From Eledone cirrhosa (Eukaryota), in the NCBI GenBank assembly GCA_964016885.1, contig OZ024762.1, forward strand, positions 4,774,001-4,838,000: a stretch of DNA of 64,000 nt. The letters are read 5' to 3'. Positions 1 through 13,834 of the stretch are shown here, one piece after another. The notes below the pieces were generated by a model. It was not told where the DNA came from, searched no databases, and saw nothing but the letters and a program-made list of their open reading frames with translations. Within the stretch, counting starts at the first letter, position 1. Each line of letters opens with the position of its first letter. A program made the position numbers and the translations under genes.

Positions 1-195
1 AGAATGTTTCTGTATTTTATGTGTTAGAAAATACATTTCTCTTAAAGAAAGAATGATTTATAAAAAGAAAACAGTATGTGAAATATACATATTTAGTTTG
101 TGTGTGTGTGTGTGGGTGGGGGGGTTATGTCACATCTGTGGTACAAAAGACATTTCTCATAGAGATATATATATATTTATATATATATTATATAT

Positions 196-228
<33 letters not shown>

Positions 229-293
229 ATATATATATAATATATATATAATATATATATAATATATATATAATATATATATAATATATATAT

Positions 294-383
<90 letters not shown>

Positions 384-733
384 TATAATATATATATATG
401 TATATATATATATATTATATATATATATAATATATATATAATATATATATATGTATATATATATAATATATATATAATATATATATGTATATATATATAA
501 TATATATATATGTATATATATATAATATATATATGTATATATATATAATATATATATATGTATATATATATAATATATATATATATAATATATATAATAT
601 ATAAATATATATATATAATATATATATATAATATATATATATAATATATATATATATATAATATATATATATAAAATATATATATAATATATATATATAT
701 ATAATATATATATATAAAATATATATAATATAT

Positions 734-881
734 ACGCTTGCATGGGTTTGGACGGGGGTATTCCCACTTGAGGCAAGAGTGATTGTCTTGCTCGCATAGG
801 ATCTGCCAGACAGTCCTATGCGAGCAAGACAATCACTCTTGCCTCAAGTGGGAATACCCCCGTCCAAACCCATGCAAGCGT
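734..881. repeat. Perfect 68-bp inverted repeat with 12-nt loop; right arm continues into an RTE-like LINE 3' end with (GAT)n tail
   Basis: 734-801 is the reverse complement of 814-881. It is followed by ggaacacggacgttaaacg...gatgatgat. Confidence 0.9.
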
Positions 882-940
882 GGAACACGGACGTTAAACG
901 TTGATGGTGATGATGATGATATATATAATATATATATATA

Positions 941-1107
941 ATTGTTTCTACTTTAGGCACAAGGCCAGCAATTACCCAGTGCATTACTGGTACTTTATTT
1001 TATCGATCCCGTAAGGATGAAAGGCAAAGTCAACCTCGGCGGGATTTGAACTCAGATCGTAAAGGGACGTAACTATGCTAGAAAGCATGGCGTCCGACCC
1101 TCTACTG
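941..1107 (-). mobile_element. tRNA-derived SINE, family A (full-length copy)
   Basis: Reverse complement of the recurrent unit GGCGGTGGATTGGCAGTATCGGTAGAGGGTCGG..GAGTTCAAATCCCGCC..GCCTTTCATCCTTACGGGGTCGATAAAATAAAGTACCAG..GTAGAAACAATT. It has A-box-like and B-box (GTTCAAATC) elements and more than 15 copies or fragments in the window. Confidence 0.85.
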
Positions 1108-1752
1108 ATACTGCCAATCCACCGCCCTTTATATATATATAATATATATATATATAATATATATATATAATATATATAAGTAAGATGTATGGTAGGTCGT
1201 ATATAATATGTATATATAATATATAATATATATATATATATATATATAATATATATATAATATATATATAATAATATATATATATAATATATATATATAT
1301 ATGATATATATATATAATATATATATATATATAATATATATATAATATATATATATATAATATATATATAATATATATATATAATATATATATATATAAT
1401 ATATATATATATAATATATATATAATATATATATATATATAATATATATATATATAATATATATATATATAATATATATAATATATATATATAATATATA
1501 TATATATAATATATATATATATAATATATATAATATATATATATAATATAATATATATAATATATATATATATAATATATATAATATATATAATATATAT
1601 ATATATAATATATATATAATATATATATAATATATATATAATATATATATATATTTATAATATATACATATAATATATATATATATAATATATAATATAT
1701 ATAATATATATATACATATATATAATATATATATAATATATAATATATATAT

Positions 1753-1783
<31 letters not shown>

Positions 1784-2689
1784 ATATATATAGATATATA
1801 TAATATATAATATATATATATATATAGATATATATATATTATATATATTTTATATATATATATTTTATATATATATATATTATATGAAGATAAAGGCCAC
1901 TATGGTAGTGGTAGTACAGTATTGTTATGGGTCTTTACATTCAATCATGCCAAGAACAACTTTGCCTTTTGCCCTTCTGGGGTTGACAAAATAAAGTACC
2001 AGTCTGGTACTGAAGACAATATATATTCTATAGTACATCCAAGATCATCATCATCATCACCAATTAACATCAATTTGTTCACGTTTGTATGGGTTAGACA
2101 TGTTGCCACATTATGAGACAAGTCAGGTCAGATGACTGTGTCTTGCTCACACAGAACTGATTCTGGCTTGATTTCTACAGCTGGATGTCCTCCCTAATGC
2201 ATTGAATTGTGGATTAAGTGCTTATAATTGTAGCACCAAAACGAACACTTGACAGGGTGGACTGGGTGCTTTTTGTCATGTCACCAGCACAACCACCATT
2301 ACAGTGTGGACTGGGTAATTGTTGTTGTGTCACCAATATGATCACCTTACAGGGTGGACTGGGTGTTTTTTGTTGTGTCACCAGCATAACTGCCTTATAG
2401 CACATACTGGGTCCTCTTTATAGTCATTAGCACAACCAAATTACAGGGTGACCTAAGTGATTTTTGTTGTGGTGGCAAGACTGTGGGAGAGCTTGTATGC
2501 AAGGGTTGGACAGGAGCTGTATTAGGATATGTGAATGAAATAAGACTAGAAGGCAAACAGATTCTCAAAGCGTCAAAACAATATGTTTTTAAACTTTGAT
2601 GGTCAACAGAAACGAATGCTGTCATATCTTCTGTCATGTAATGGATATTTTATAAACAATTCAAGGAAGTTGGCCAGCTTAACCGTTTA

Positions 2690-3815
2690 AGAATCTATTT
2701 GCTTATATTTTGACTACGTGAACAGTGCAGGTCATTTACAGAGACTTTGTCAGTAAAGTGAGAGTTGTCAATGGGTTCAGAGAAAAACATTGCGCCTGTA
2801 GGTAGGCAGCAACGTTCAGTCCTCAACCTCTTTGTCTGTTTATAGTGCTTCAGGCCATTACAGATGAGTTTAAGGCCAGTTGTCTGTGGGAACTTCTGTA
2901 TGCTGATTGCCTATTTTTTTATAGCCAAATCTGTTGACTATCTAGAGAAGGAATTCCAGTTGTGGAAGCAAAATCTAGAATTGAAAGGGCTCAGAGTAAA
3001 CTTAGCAAAAACCAAATTTTAATGAGTAGGAAAGAAGAAAGAGCCCTAATACCATCAGGTATGTAGAAAAGGCATAGGGAGGAATTCTATACAATGTACA
3101 CAATGTAAAATATAGGTACCCATGAAGAATAGTGGGATTGTAAGCAGATTAATAGAGAAGGTGGATTTAGTTTGTGGTTGATGCACAGGGATAGTTTATA
3201 GTAAAAACATCAGTGAAATAATCTTTTTTCCAGTCAATGAAAGGCTCTATAAAAGTAGTTGATAGCTTCTGTTACCAAGGTGACCTAATTAGTTGAGGAA
3301 GAAGTTGCTCTGGTATAAGAACAGAATGGGGAAATTTCAGAGAGCTACTACCTCTGCTCACGAAAACGGGGTCCTTTCACCAAGCAAACACTTTCATGCA
3401 TGGTACCTGCATGAGAAATGTGATGTTGCAGAGCAGTGTGGCATGGACAGTGACTGCAGAAGATATGTGGAAGCTGGATCGAAACAAATCGAGTATGCTC
3501 CATTGAATGGGTAACGTTAATGTGCACAAACAACGAAGCATGGATGAGCTAAGAGAAAAACTGAAGATAAGAGGAATCAAATTTTGCATGCAGGAGAGAA
3601 AACTGCGCTGGTACAGACATGTGTTGCGTAAGATGATGATCACTGGGTGAAGAAGTGCTGGGAGTTCTGATGAAAAGAAAGCAGAGGAAGTGGAAAATCA
3701 ATGAAGATGTGAGATGTGATAGAGGTGGTGAAAGCTGACATCAAGACTACAAAGGAGATGACAAAGGAAAAAACAAGTGGAGAGATGTATTGGAAAAAAC
3801 TCATTTAACCCATCT
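2690..3815 (+). mobile_element. Decayed RTE-type non-LTR retrotransposon fragment (RT C-terminal half)
   Basis: TGGGAACTTCTGTATGCTGAT = WELLYAD (RT YADD region). GLRVNLAKTK and LRWYRHVLR-like motifs follow in broken frames with many stops. Confidence 0.7.
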
Positions 3816-4019
3816 AAAAAGTCTAAATCTCTCCCAAGCCAAAAGGCTCATCAGGCCGGTGTTTATTCCAGTTTCTGTGATGTTAAGTACGTGAGAGTAC
3901 AAAACTCACCTGGACAAGATGTCCATCGCTGGGTTAAAGTCTGTTTCATGCCCGGAGACTCATCAGGCCAGTGTTTATCCTGGTTTTCTCAGCATTAAGC
4001 AACTGAGAGTACAAGAATC

Positions 4020-4335
4020 ACCCCTGGGATACAATGCCAGTCCATCACAGGATTAAAGTCTGTCCCAAGCCCTGAGGCCCATCAAACCGGCGCTTATCCC
4101 AGTTTCTGTGGCATTAAGCAACTGAAAGTATAAGATTTTCCCTTGGACAAGACACCAGTCCATCACAGGGTTAAACACCCAGCTATTTCTGGTACACATT
4201 TTCAGCTAAGTATACTGGAGGAATGTAACATGAAGTGTTTTGCTCAAGAACACAACACACAGCCCAGCCCAGGAATCGAACGCATGACATTATGATTGTA
4301 AGATCAACACCCTTACCACCAGGTCATGCGCCTCT
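4020..4335 (-). mobile_element. tRNA-derived SINE-like element
   Basis: Minus strand reads GGTAAGGGTGTTGATCTTACAATC..GTTCGATTCCTGG..CTTGAGCAAAACACTT, a tRNA head similar to 26792-26900. Confidence 0.6.
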
Positions 4336-6019
4336 ACTCATCTAACCCATACAAGCATAGAAAAATTTCAATGATTATATATATATTTATTTATTGAAAG
4401 AAGCTTGCCTGCTGCTGGTACCCCAGAATCCAATACAACCTGCTTCATGGTCGAGCGGTCAGTGACTAAACTGGCTCCCTCACAAAACCCTGGTCTGGTG
4501 TGCTGGTAAGAAAGGTAAGTGAAACCCCAGCAGCATAATAATCAAGAACTCTTAAAAGGGTGGATGAACTTCTCAGAGTCAACGGCCATCCACTTCACCT
4601 CTGGGTTAAATAGCTTCACCAACCCGCCCACTTTTAGCCAAGTGTGGTGAGTACACTATACCTATCACATGACCAAAACCGAATAGAAAGCAGTGGAGGT
4701 CAAATAGAGAGGGGTTCCTCCGATAGGAGCGAAAAAGCCCTGGATTGGATTAGATACTGAAGAGGAAGACTGAGGAAAACCTGGTCTGGCAAGTTGACAG
4801 CTGATCTCAAATCACCGAATCTCACATCAGAGATGATAAAGGAATGGAGCAGGTGGAGAGAGGCTGTGTCAAAGAAGACCTGTCCAAAACATGCAAATAT
4901 AGAAAGACATGGACATGATCATGATGATATGTGTATGTGTGTGAGTGTGTGCATACATCTATGTATACGGTGTGCATCCAGTTCAGACTAGGTATACCTT
5001 ATCCCTGTGTGTCACAAGAGGTGACTAAAAGGGTTGGTAAAACTTTGCCTTAAAAAAGACCCCATCATAAATTAGAAGCCTTTCATGGGGCCCACAGGCC
5101 TAACCCATGCTTTCGGATATATAGACTTAAAACTCTTATTGCTGTTGTATAGAGTGCATATAATGTAATATATACACACACAATATATATATATTCTTCC
5201 TTTCCTATATATATATGATGATGATGATATATATATATATATATATATTATATATTTATTATAAGTACAGATGAAAATTTAAGCGAAGAATCGCTGCTTT
5301 CACCCTACTATGGGGTCTTCTGATATATACAATCCTTATCGGGCCCTCTTCGGGTTTTGCTCTTCATATTTATTATTACTATATACATATAATATATATA
5401 TGTATATACACATATATATGTATACATAGATATATATACGCGCGCGTACATACACACATACATATACATCATTTTGTCCGACGCTCTACCGAATATCAAA
5501 AACGAAAATACTTTCTTCTTTAAGAAGTCGTTTTTGTTGTTCATTCTCCAAACCAGCCGTGATCGAGCAGACATATGATCAGAGGCGTTCCAACCATGAC
5601 AATCCAGTATTTTGTCTGAGACTAAATCGTACAATGTTGTCTTTTCCGTTTTGTTGTCATTATTAGTTCGTTTGTTTGTTTGGGGTGGGCAGGGGTAACA
5701 TGCAGAAGCGTGATGTGATTTTGGGGTAGATCTTAGCTGTTATCTCTAGCAGGTCTGTCGGACCATGTAGGAGAACCAGTCACCCTTTTATGGTTGACTC
5801 GTCTATAGTTAGAAGTGAGCCGTTCAACAAATGAGATTAAGTGATGCCCATTCCAGATTCTTCCAGCCAAAATATTTTTTTTTAAATGATAAATAAAACC
5901 CCACAACAACAACAATAACGAAAACAACTATAATACTACGAAGAGGACGGCTGAGACAGAAGAGTACTCAATACCCAAGTAGAGTTTAGATATTCATTTT
6001 ATTAAGGCTAAATGGTGAG

Positions 6020-6069
6020 TCTTGTTACTCTGGAGTTTCATCTATTTATCACAGGGTCATCAGACAAGA
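6020..6069 (-). ncRNA. Candidate minimal type I hammerhead ribozyme (Penelope-type), degenerate stem II
   Basis: Minus strand: TCTTGT-CTGATGA-ccctgtgataaatagat-GAAA-CTCcaGAG-TA-ACAAGA. Stem I is a perfect 6 bp. Confidence 0.55.
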
Positions 6070-6122
6070 ATTCTGATGACCCTGTGATAAACAAGACTCA
6101 CAATTCACCCTTAATAAAATGG

Positions 6123-6203
<81 letters not shown>

Positions 6204-6269
6204 TAATTTAGATACACGGTCAGAAATTTGAGTGATGGGGGAGAGGGAAGAGTGATTAAATAGATCCAT

Positions 6270-6705
6270 TCTCCCAGTACTTTACTGATATTATTATAAA
6301 TTATCGATCAACCCTTTTCCTCCAGAAAGGCAAAGTTGACCACGGGGTATTTGAACTCAGAACGTAAAGGGTCGGGTCTAAATGTAGCGAGCTATTCTGT
6401 CCGACTATGTAACGAGTTTGCCAACCACTCCAACAACAACAGTAATGGTTTCTGATTTAGACACAACAAGGGTAAGTCGAATCGACCCCAGTGCGTTACT
6501 GGTACTTTATTTTATCGATTCCGTAAGGACGAAAGGTAAAGTTAACCTCGGCAGGATTTGAACTAAATAATGAGTTCTACAACAGGCACAAGGCCAGCAA
6601 TTTAGGTGGAGGGAAAGTCGATTAAATCGATACCAGTGCATTACTGGGACTTTATTTTATCGAACCCCGTAAGGATGAAAGGTAAGGCGGGATTTGAACT
6701 AAATA
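6270..6705 (-). mobile_element. Cluster of three partial SINE family A copies
   Basis: Repeated ccagt..ttactggtactttattttatcga..aaggcaaagttaacctcggc..atttgaact. Confidence 0.75.
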
Positions 6706-7034
6706 ATAATAACGACGACAACAACAAATGATTTCCTATGTAAACAGATGAGCTCCTATATTTCGAATAAGGGCGAATGAGTCGTTGTGATGTTCATGGT
6801 TGTACCGTCTCTAAAATAAGCAGCACAACAAACGTTATCAACAACTACAACTACGACAACAATAACAAACGTTTTCAACAAACGACAAAACATTAGCAAC
6901 GACAACAATAACAAAAGCATCAACAACAACAAACATGAATAATAATAATAACAGCAAAAGAAAGGAAACGTCACCCTTATTTTATAAATATAAATACACA
7001 CACACATATATATACATATATATATAGACACACA

Positions 7035-7072
<38 letters not shown>

Positions 7073-7919
7073 GACACACAGACATATATATATACATAGA
7101 CACACAGACATATATATATAGACACACAGACACATATATATATATATATATAGATAGACACACAGACATATATATATGTATGTGTATATAAATACATCAG
7201 AAACGGACTAACCTTGTACTGTTGCTTACATCTTTGTATTACGTATCAAATATGGTAAACAAACTGCAGATCAATGATGAGTGACACACAAAAAAAATTA
7301 TAAATAAATAGCAAAGGGCCAATCTCCCCTTGTAAATGTTAAAGCTGTGTTTGTAATATAACGACGGTCGCCGTTGTCAGAACGTTAGCAACCGAATGAA
7401 AAAATGGCGTCTGCATAAAAAATTTCTTTCCTTGATTTTAGGCTGGTTATCTGCCCTTGGTTTCTGACTGGTTAACGCTTGATTTTGTTTTGTTGTTGTT
7501 GTGTGTTATTTTTCGTTGTGGTTGTTATTTTTTTTAACTTAACTTTCTGCCGCTAGGTGATGCTGCAGTATTTAATGTAGTAATCGAAGGGAAAGTAGGC
7601 TGCAGAACAGGAGAGAGAACGACAGAGTAAGAGAGAAGAGAGTGTGTGCGTGTGTGTAGGTGAAAGAGAGAAAGAGAGAGAGACGATAGAGACAGACTAA
7701 GAGAAAGAGACTATGTGTATGTATGTGAGAAAGAGAGAGAAGATAGAGACAGACTAAGAGAAAAGAAAAGATAGTAAAGTTAAGAGACAGAAAGAGAAAA
7801 TTAGGAGGAAAAGAAGGAAAATGAAAGATATATATATAGAGAGAGAGAGATTAGAAAGAAAAGATAGAGAACGTGAGAGTCGTTTTTATGACGATTTCGT
7901 TTCGTATTCTCTTCTATGG

Positions 7920-8750
7920 TTTTTCTATGCAACATTCTTATGCTATATGCGTGTCTATGCTGTGGCTAACGGTAACTGCACGAACGAGTCTATGAAAGGG
8001 TACTACGCCCACTGCCACCCCACTCCCATTCGTCCCCTTACCCACGTATATGCTGTCTCGTGGTCCCAGCAGACAGAATAGAGAACATACTACCCCCGGA
8101 GGGTAGTGAGGGAGACACGTTGAAATAGCCATTCCTGTGAGTGGCCAATGCTGTCCCCACTCCGAAAACAGCGAACAAAGAGGTGGTTCAAGGACTCAGA
8201 ACATCAGAAACTCCACTTCTATAAGTTTGGCAAGAAACTAATTCCCTTCAATTAGACTCACAGGTGCAGGTGGTCAACTCTGACCCGGTAGCAGTGAGCT
8301 GGTATGGGCACCAAGAACACCAGAAATCTCCACAGCCATAAGTATGATATTAAACTAGTTCATTTCGTGGGAGTCATTCTTGGTTGGGAGTCATGATTTG
8401 GTTGGGAAACCCATCTTTTGGTATTGGTTTCACGACAACACCAGAAGTCTCCACCTGTATTGGTTCAACAACAAACCTATCAGAAAGTGATCGATACTTC
8501 CATCAGCTTGTTCATCACTGGCGGCTCACCTTACTGAGGTGTCAGGTGATACCCGTGAGGGTGCCTGCTTGTTTCAGCGCCTTAGCCTCGCCATCACCCG
8601 TGGTAATGTTGCGAGCGTATTAGCTTGCCTCAAAGTATTTTAACCCCTAAGATGTGATGTGCGGTCGAAAATCGTGAATTGCCCCCCTTCCGTTTTCCCT
8701 TCGTTTTTTGTTTTTTTAATCTTTCCTTTATGCGCTTATATTTGTATATT
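7920..8750 (-). mobile_element. Degenerate dispersed repeat related to 18430-19360 (probable L1/Tx1-like LINE 5' region)
   Basis: 8080-8130 resembles 18600-18650, and both regions share ccagaagtctccac motifs. The clade call is tentative. Confidence 0.4.
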
Positions 8751-8790
8751 TAATTTGTGTTTGTTCGTTATGTAAGTATTATATTATTAT

Positions 8791-8976
8791 TTGGCAGTCT
8801 CGGTAGAGGGTCGAACGCCATGCTTTGCAGCATAAGCATAGAGTTACGGCCGTTTACGATCTGAGTTGAAATCCCCCCGAGGTTAACTTTGCCTTTCATC
8901 CTTATGGAGTCAATAAAATAAAGCCCCAGTAATGCACTGGAGTAATTGCTGGCCTTGTGCCAAAAGTAGTAACAAT
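8791..8976 (+). mobile_element. SINE family A copy
   Basis: Matches the family consensus from TTGGCAGT to AACAATT. Confidence 0.8.
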
Positions 8977-9623
8977 TATTATTTATATATATAAAACTGA
9001 GGATGTCTGTCTGTGTGAGTTTGAATCCCTAAAACTAGAGAAGCACCCAACCGACTGTTTTCAAACTTTACACATGTAATACTTATGTTTCAGGGAGTGT
9101 TTTTGCAATTATTTGCTGACTAGCTACTTCGAGCTAGCGTGTACACAAGTATCAATGAAACGATATAATAGAAGTGAAATAACAGGAAGCGAAAAAGTAG
9201 GAAACAAATATGAGTGAACCTACTGCGTGTGCGCGTGTGTCTATCTTGTAGTTGGTCAAATTGCCGAGCTGGTATTAAATGTGAGAGCCTGAGGCCAGGA
9301 GAGAGAAAGAGGAAAAAGTCTGCTACATCGCTAACCTTCACAGACTGCTGCTTCGTGGTCTCTCTGTCTGGTGGATTCCCTAAGCACTTGTATTTATAAT
9401 AACCCTATAGCTAGAAGGATGTGTATATGGATTGATTTATGAGTAGCCATGTGTGTTTCATCTGTCAAGAACCTGGGGTCACAGGTCAAGTGGTATGGAC
9501 GTTTATCATACTTGTTTCTTGACAGGACAATGGTGGGAAACTCCCAACAATAGGTGGTCCCAGAGGCGAGAACTCTTAGATTCAGTTTCGAATCTTCGCC
9601 GGGTAATTTATAGGAGAATTCCG

Positions 9624-9717
<94 letters not shown>

Positions 9718-10087
9718 GAAGTATTTCCGTAGGAAAAGTAAAGGAAAAAAGAGTGCTCTATGTAGACTACAGACCTTTTTAGTTATGTGGTAAACAACAT
9801 AAGATAATTAATTCATTTACCAGAAAAAAAATTTTTATTATTGAATGGGATATGGATTTGCAAACAGAGTTTAGGATAAATGAAAGTGAGGGTGAAATAA
9901 AATAACGGGCATAAATTGAGGGAAAAAAATTATGAATATCCAAATACATAAACATACACAAACTCACGCATATACGTAAACTTATACAATAACATATAAG
10001 TATATGTCCGTCTGCATGGAAATACAAATACACACAAGGGTATGGGTAAGAAATTGTTAGATGGATTAACATGGTTGTTAGATATAA

Positions 10088-10476
10088 CTAGCAGATTTAC
10101 CCGGCGTTGCCCGGGGTTTGAAATGCAACAAAGAATAAACAAGAAACAAACGATAATATTAGTGATTTATCTTCAAATGAATCTGATGTTTATATTTCTG
10201 TCAATAAAGTTGGTTATCTCCCTTTTTTATAAGGATTGTCAATAAAGTTTGTTATCTCCCTTACATCAATTTTGCTACCGATAATTTTGATAACGATATT
10301 TTATTGCTCCACGTGGGTCGATTTGAAAAATGTTTGTGATGTGACAATCTTAGCGACCTGTGCAACGTGCACAGAAAATTTGGTCAAATTCATTTGGTAA
10401 TTGTAAAAGCCTTAAGTATGCAAAGTTGTATACAGACACACACACATCCTCGCTTTTATATATATATATATACAGA
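10088..10476 (-). mobile_element. Non-autonomous Helitron
   Basis: Minus strand runs A|TC ... hairpin CCCGGGCAACGCCGGG ... CTAG|T with no TSD. The empty site is visible in the duplicated segment at about 11985-12000. Confidence 0.85.
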
Positions 10477-10616
10477 TAACAAGAATAGCTGATCTACTTT
10501 ATATATAAAAAGGTTTACTTCACTTCAGTCAAAAAAAGAGCAATAAACATATTACCACGAGTTGCGAAGGTTGACAATGTTATTTTGTTGTTGTGAAGCT
10601 GGTGTAGTCTGAGACC

Positions 10617-10694
<78 letters not shown>

Positions 10695-11944
10695 AAGAGA
10701 GAGAGTAATGGTCTGTAGTTGACTGTAGACCACTGTCACCTGTAGATAGCGGTGAATCTTTACATACCTTGTTGCTAGCGTAATGCTCCGATCTCTCAAA
10801 CAGGCTTCATATACCTGTCACTTTCTGTCTCCCACCTCAAGGGGACGAACCAAAAGGGTGGTGACCTAGAGTTTGACCTTTAGGTGTCACCCAAGGTTCA
10901 AGGCGTGGAAAAATTTCGCTATATTAGTTTCCTATCCAGATCGATGCAGGAGCAGCGATCGATTATAAAAGGGGTAGCGAAATCTGATTCTAGAAGCGTG
11001 TCCAAAAACACAAAATGTGGGTACTGCGCCCGCATTTCGAGTGCAGAGAAGTTTGGAGAGAGAAAAAAAAATATCGTATAACTGTATGCATGTGTGTGTG
11101 TAACATTTAGAAGAAACTGTAAATATACAAAGATGTGATCATGTATTTTGAACTGTTGTGTATGGATGGCTGAACGGTATTGGATTACGATATGATAACA
11201 CAGAGGATTATTTCCCTCGATGTATCATCATATGTAAGATTCTCTTCCAGTGAGTCGAGGTTTAGGCTATGACATGAGTGTGTGCAATTTTGAGTTGCGT
11301 GCCTGAGTGAGTCCAGGCGAGTAGGACTCGTGGGTTGTTTATCATGTGTTTAATAGTTGTTGCCGAACCTCGACCCGTTGAAAATTGATCTCGCAGAGAC
11401 CCAACCGAATCCAGAATATACCATAGACAAAAACATGTTGGTGTATGACAAAGAAAATGATGTGTGTTTGATGCAAAACATGTATGTTCATACAGGCATA
11501 TAATACAGTTAAAAAAATTAAAAATGAACGTTCATATATAACCTGCAAAAAAAATTATTTTTAAATATTAAATATTTATATAATTGTTCATTACAAAAAG
11601 TTCAGTTTTCTCTTCTTTATGTGATCGTTTTCTTGCTAGGAAGCTAGTAGCATTGAATGTTGTTGTAGGAGATTACGAAGCACGTGGTGAAGTGTTTGGT
11701 AATGAATCGAAACATAAAAGCGAAGTCACTGTAAGTATTCCGTGGAATGGAAGTTTGGTGAATAATTTGAAAAAGTGAAGTTTTATCATATCGTACCATA
11801 TAGCTTGGTAATTATATATTGCTGAGAAGGTTGTTGATGTTGGCCATGTTGAAAAAAAGTTTGCGTGTTGTTTTCTTTTTTTTTTAAGTACCACTTCGTA
11901 TTTTTTTTTTTTTTTATCACGTCGGGTTCACCAATTTAACGAAG

Positions 11945-12385
11945 GGTATTGGTAAGAAATTGTTAGATGGATTAACATGGTTGTTAGATGTAATAACAAG
12001 AATAGCTGATTTACTTTATATATAAAAAGGTTTACTTCACTTCAGTCAAAAATAAAAATAAACATATTACCACGAGTTGCGAAGGTTGACGATGTTATCT
12101 TGTTGTTGTTGTGAAGCTGGTGTGGTCTGAGACCATGTGAGAGAGATTAATGGTCTGTAGTTGACTGTAGACCACTGTGGCTTGTAGATAGCGGTGAATC
12201 TTTACATAGCTTGTTGCTAGCGTAATGCTCCGATCTCGCAGACAGGCTTTATATACCTGTCGCTTTCTGTCTCCCACTTCGAGGGGATAGCCCACGCATG
12301 AACCTGTTCAAACCAAAAGGGTGGTGACCTAGAGTTTGACTTTTAGGTATCACCCAAGGTTCAAGGCGTGGACAGATTTCGCTAC
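11945..12385 (+). repeat. Local duplicate of 10038-10087 + 10477-10922 (without the Helitron and with a short GA tract)
   Basis: Near-identical text ggtaagaaattgttagatggattaacatgg..ataacaagaatagctgat..ttcaaggcgtgga. Confidence 0.85.
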
Positions 12386-12689
12386 ATGCATATGCTCACA
12401 CACGCGCGCACGCTTACACTTAAGTGTGCACATAGACGTAATCGTAAAGATATATATACACACAGACATACGGACATGCATGTGGATACATAACCGCACA
12501 CACACGTATAGGCATGAGACCACATACGTACAATTACAAAACACGGCACACACACACATGAATAAATTCTAACTGGGAAAGTAGCTAGGGGAACAGATAT
12601 GGAAATAAAAAAATAAAATCAAAAAAATATAAAAAAGACATAACGGGACGGGTTGACAACGAAAGGGGGGAAAAATAATAAATAAATAT

Positions 12690-13620
12690 ATATCTGTGTA
12701 TATATAAAATTAAGTATGTGTATGTGTGTCTGTGTATTACATATAGGGGCCTACATCTTACGACCGATTTTCATGAAACTTTACAGGCTCATAGATTAGT
12801 CATCGGGGAGTGTTTTCTATATATCAGGGTATCGTTTTTTTTTTTTATTATTCTGGGGTCATTCTGCAGATAAAAATCGATAGGGAGTCACCTTTTTTTA
12901 GGTATCGAAAAATAAGATTTTTGGCTCTAGCTCCCACATTTTGCCACCGATTTGGTTCAAATGTTAAAGCAAAATAGAATTTATCATTGGATATCCTGTA
13001 ATGGCTTTATATTTTGCATTTGTTGTTGACGGACAGCGTGGCAGCCACTTAAATATTCAAAAATACCACTTTTAGACTCAAATTTCCACTTTTTCGGCTC
13101 TAGCTCCCAACCTACTTTGTTCAAATGTTACACTACGCTAGATCTGATTATTTCACGTCTTAAAGTGGCTTTACATTTTGGATTTTTTGTTCAGGGACGG
13201 CGTGGCAGCCGCTTAAATATTCGAAAATACTACATTTTCGCCCAAATTTCCGCCTTTTCGGCTCTAGCTCCCACACTTTTCAACCGATTTCGTTCAAATT
13301 CGAAACTTCGGCACCACCTCACACATAAATCAATTTATTTGGTTCAACTTTTATACTACTATAGAACCTATCATGCACATCTTATAGTAGCTTTACACTT
13401 TGCATTTTTTTTGTTCAGGGACGGCGTGGCAGCCGTTTAACTCTTCAAAATACGATTTTTCCCACCTCCCACATATTCCTTACGATTTCACTCAACATTT
13501 CGCCATTTGCTACACCTTACGACCGATTTTCAAGAAACTCGCAGTCGCTAAGATCAACACCTTTTCATCAAAGCAGATATTATTTTACCTACCCAGGCAA
13601 CGCTGGTTACTGCTGCTAGT
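12690..13620 (+). mobile_element. Non-autonomous Helitron-like element with internal degenerate repeats
   Basis: Starts tctgtgtatatataaaattaag.. and ends ccaggcaacgctgg ttactgctgCTAGT, the same 3' hairpin/CTAG family as 10088. Internal ggctctagctccca repeats. Confidence 0.7.
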
Positions 13621-13834
13621 ATGTATATATATATATATAATACAAATAGTGAAAACAATTAAATTAAACAAAATACGGCTAATTCATAGTAAAACTCATT
13701 ATTTTACGATCGTTTCTGGGAGGTAGTCCTCCGTATGTCCATTCTATTATACCACACCATACCATATCATACCATACCACACCCAACCGTACCATACCAC
13801 ACCATATCATACCATATCACACCATACCACATTT

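Larger units (their letters stand above)
165..1885. repeat. (TA)n/(TATAA)n low-complexity microsatellite region interrupted by a palindrome and a SINE
   Basis: Direct reading. It explains the Tyr/Ile-rich ORFs 177..797 and 188..832. Confidence 0.95.

Noticed and set aside
5280-5330. Hammerhead-like motif on the minus strand (CAGAAGA..GAAAGC)
   Set aside because: The core is mutated and stems I and III are not convincing.
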